Part shown: positions 61,681 to 64,000 of the stretch, piece by piece | How positions within the stretch are numbered: position 1 is the stretch's first letter | Layout: the number at the start of each line of letters is the position of its first letter | Source of the DNA: Malacoraja senta | Lineage: Eukaryota | DNA: 64,000 nt | Reading direction: 5' to 3' | Assembly (NCBI GenBank): GCA_038087875.1 | Contig: CM075990.1 | Coordinates: 10,292,001-10,356,000, forward strand | Program-made: the position numbers and the translations under genes | Notes under the pieces: generated by a model | What the model was told of the DNA's origin: nothing | What the model saw: only the letters and a program-made list of their open reading frames with translations | Databases searched by the model: none

Positions 61681-64000
61681 TTCAGTGCACATAGAACATA
61701 GAACAGCACAGCATAGGAACATGCCCTTCAGCCCACAATGTCTGTGTCGAACATGTTGCCAAGAAAAACTAATCTCCTCTGCCTGCACGTGATCCAGCTG
61801 GATGTCGTATCCCACCTTTACTTGATATCATGAGCTTCAAAATGGCTGAAGACTGAAATCTGGGATATGGGGATTTCAGACAGAAGCTGTAAAGACACCA
61901 ATAAAGCCTGTCTATTATCTAGAGGCTCATGGATTAGCAAGATCTGGAGATGTGGATTTGCAAATGTGTATTGCATTATCAAACTTCACCCGTTCCCCTC
62001 AAACCTACACATTTATATAATGCGTTGGTGGTGGGAAAGCACCCGATTCCTGGAAGCAATCATGCACAGTTTCCATTTCAATCCTGAATTAAACTGCTTC
62101 AATGCACAAAATCGTGTCAATCCATACATGGATGGCAAGGGTCCCACATATGGATTCATCCACCTAATTTATCAAGTGATTGATGGCTACTTCATTCTGA
62201 TGGAAATATTTCAGGAAGACTTGATACTATATTATTAAATATGACGGCTAAGCTTTGCACTCTGAAGTGCAGGAATTTCTCGAAATCATTTTCATGCTTA
62301 ACAGTTTTAAGTACTTCTCTCGTACAATTAATGCTTTCCATCAGACTTCAAGGAAAATAAACAATCATAGATGTCGATCATTCACTTACTAAAAAGAAAA
62401 TGATAGCTATCACACACTTTCCACTAATGAAACACACCTGTTATGGACACAGTAGGGGAGAAATTCAACTTTTGGTACGGCACTGTGCCAGATACATACT
62501 GCACACCCTATCTCTATTTCCCATCTCTTTCCCATGTCAAGCATGTATGATGGTACATTGATCCTTTACCTACTATTTAAAATCCCCCCTCAATTTTATA
62601 TTTTGCCCCAATACTGTCAACAAAATTCATATAGTATGATCTATTTGTCATTCCAAGTGGAAAACAGCTCTGAGAAACAAAACAAATCACAAGTTGGCCT
62701 ACGTTTGCCAAAATGGTAAAAAAAAATTGAATGCCATTTAAGTCTAAGTATCATCCAGGAAGCACTTAATCCTTGCTGAAGCTGGCATAAAAGTTAAGAA
62801 ACATAAACAGAAATGGAAACTAAATAATGAATACCACCTTTATTGCACCGCATAGGTTTTGTGTGTTTAGGTTTTCCGTTAACGTACTACAGGTGTGACA
62901 TTAAATTGTTCCATTAACAGGTTGCAGTCTGTATTAACGGACACCATATGTGTCCCAGTCTCACATTAACATGCTGCCGCTCTATTAATGCGTTTCAGAT
63001 GAGCTCAGATCTTCATATTAATCGGGTGCAGCCAAGTTTCACTCCCCTCATTAGCAGCTTGTGTGCGCATCACTGTTTATAAATTTCAGATTTATTTTTC
63101 GGATTACCCGACAAACGCTTATTCTCGGTAAGAATAACATCTGTCATCTACAACTATTCCGCAACTCACTGTAAAATGAATGGAAATCATTTCCCTTTTG
63201 GCAAGGGGAGGATAGACAATAGAAGGACTATCTGGCAGATTCATTATAATGATACCACATGGAAGCAATGGAGGGGGAAGATTTCCTCTCTGCTCTACAC
63301 AGTAAAATTGTAACCACATTCCTTATAAATGGGTTTATAATGTACATTCAGCAAAGTAGGCTATTCTTTTCCACAAAACTTTCATTGCGTGGTTGTATTT
63401 TTAAATATTTATTGCACCATATAAACCTTTGGCCAGCAATGTGTACAAATCACTTTTAAAATATTTTCCAATATTCTTAATAATGATAACAATTGTCCTT
63501 TCAAACTTGTTTGCATTTACAGATATGATAATATTAAAAAAAGAAACCTTGATTGGTCAAATGTGTAAAGAGGAATCAATCATGTAATGGCAATCATGTA
63601 CTTCAGTTCAGTTTTTTTTTAAAGACCAGGAAGGAAAAGTGGGGAACAGTGGGAAACAGTGAAAGAGGTAATAGGATGAGGAAGGAGCCAGCCAGTTCAC
63701 TCAATCCGATCACACTGCATCCAAGAAAGTTTTTCTTTCCTGTTACGAAAACTCCAGTGAATTAATCCCTCAGGGACCAAATGAGCAAAGGACATCTTTA
63801 GTCAGGGAGGTTTGTATGGGTAGTGACTGGAACATTGACTAAGAAGTCCAAGCTTCTCTAATTGCATCTATTGCTATATTCTGTAAATTTTATAATTCAC
63901 CAGAAATTCAGCCACATAAATGCTATGGCTACATGGGCAATTCAGGGAATTAATAAACTGCAACAAGTTTCCCCAACTCCTGACATCTCGGCAGTCAGGA

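Overview
Eukaryotic, intron- and repeat-rich vertebrate DNA. The repeat set (HE1/V-SINEs, DeuSINEs, CR1, Rex1/Babar, RTE, Penelope) points to a cartilaginous fish, probably a skate or ray; this is inferred from repeats only. One host gene is visible: the first two coding exons of a type II transmembrane collagen, best matching COL13A1, on the minus strand (24648-24355 and 23826-23757) inside a CpG-rich region. Everything to the left (1-23756) appears to be its long intron 2, and everything to the right is upstream intergenic DNA. Almost all other ORFs in the track are retrotransposon debris or chance ORFs. Most notable: two copies (22093-22228 minus, 28164-28306 plus) of a ~140-bp TSD-flanked, (GAA)n-tailed retroposon whose 5' end is a ~54-nt minimal HDV/CPEB3-like self-cleaving ribozyme fold rather than a Pol III promoter. 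One copy is sense-oriented in the collagen intron. Also present: more than 20 Penelope-derived fold-back elements carrying a hammerhead-ribozyme core, PIF/Harbinger MITEs plus a decayed Harbinger transposase, a 204-bp spacerless palindrome, and a 5S rRNA pseudogene with compensatory helix changes. All family assignments are from recalled motifs; no searches were run.
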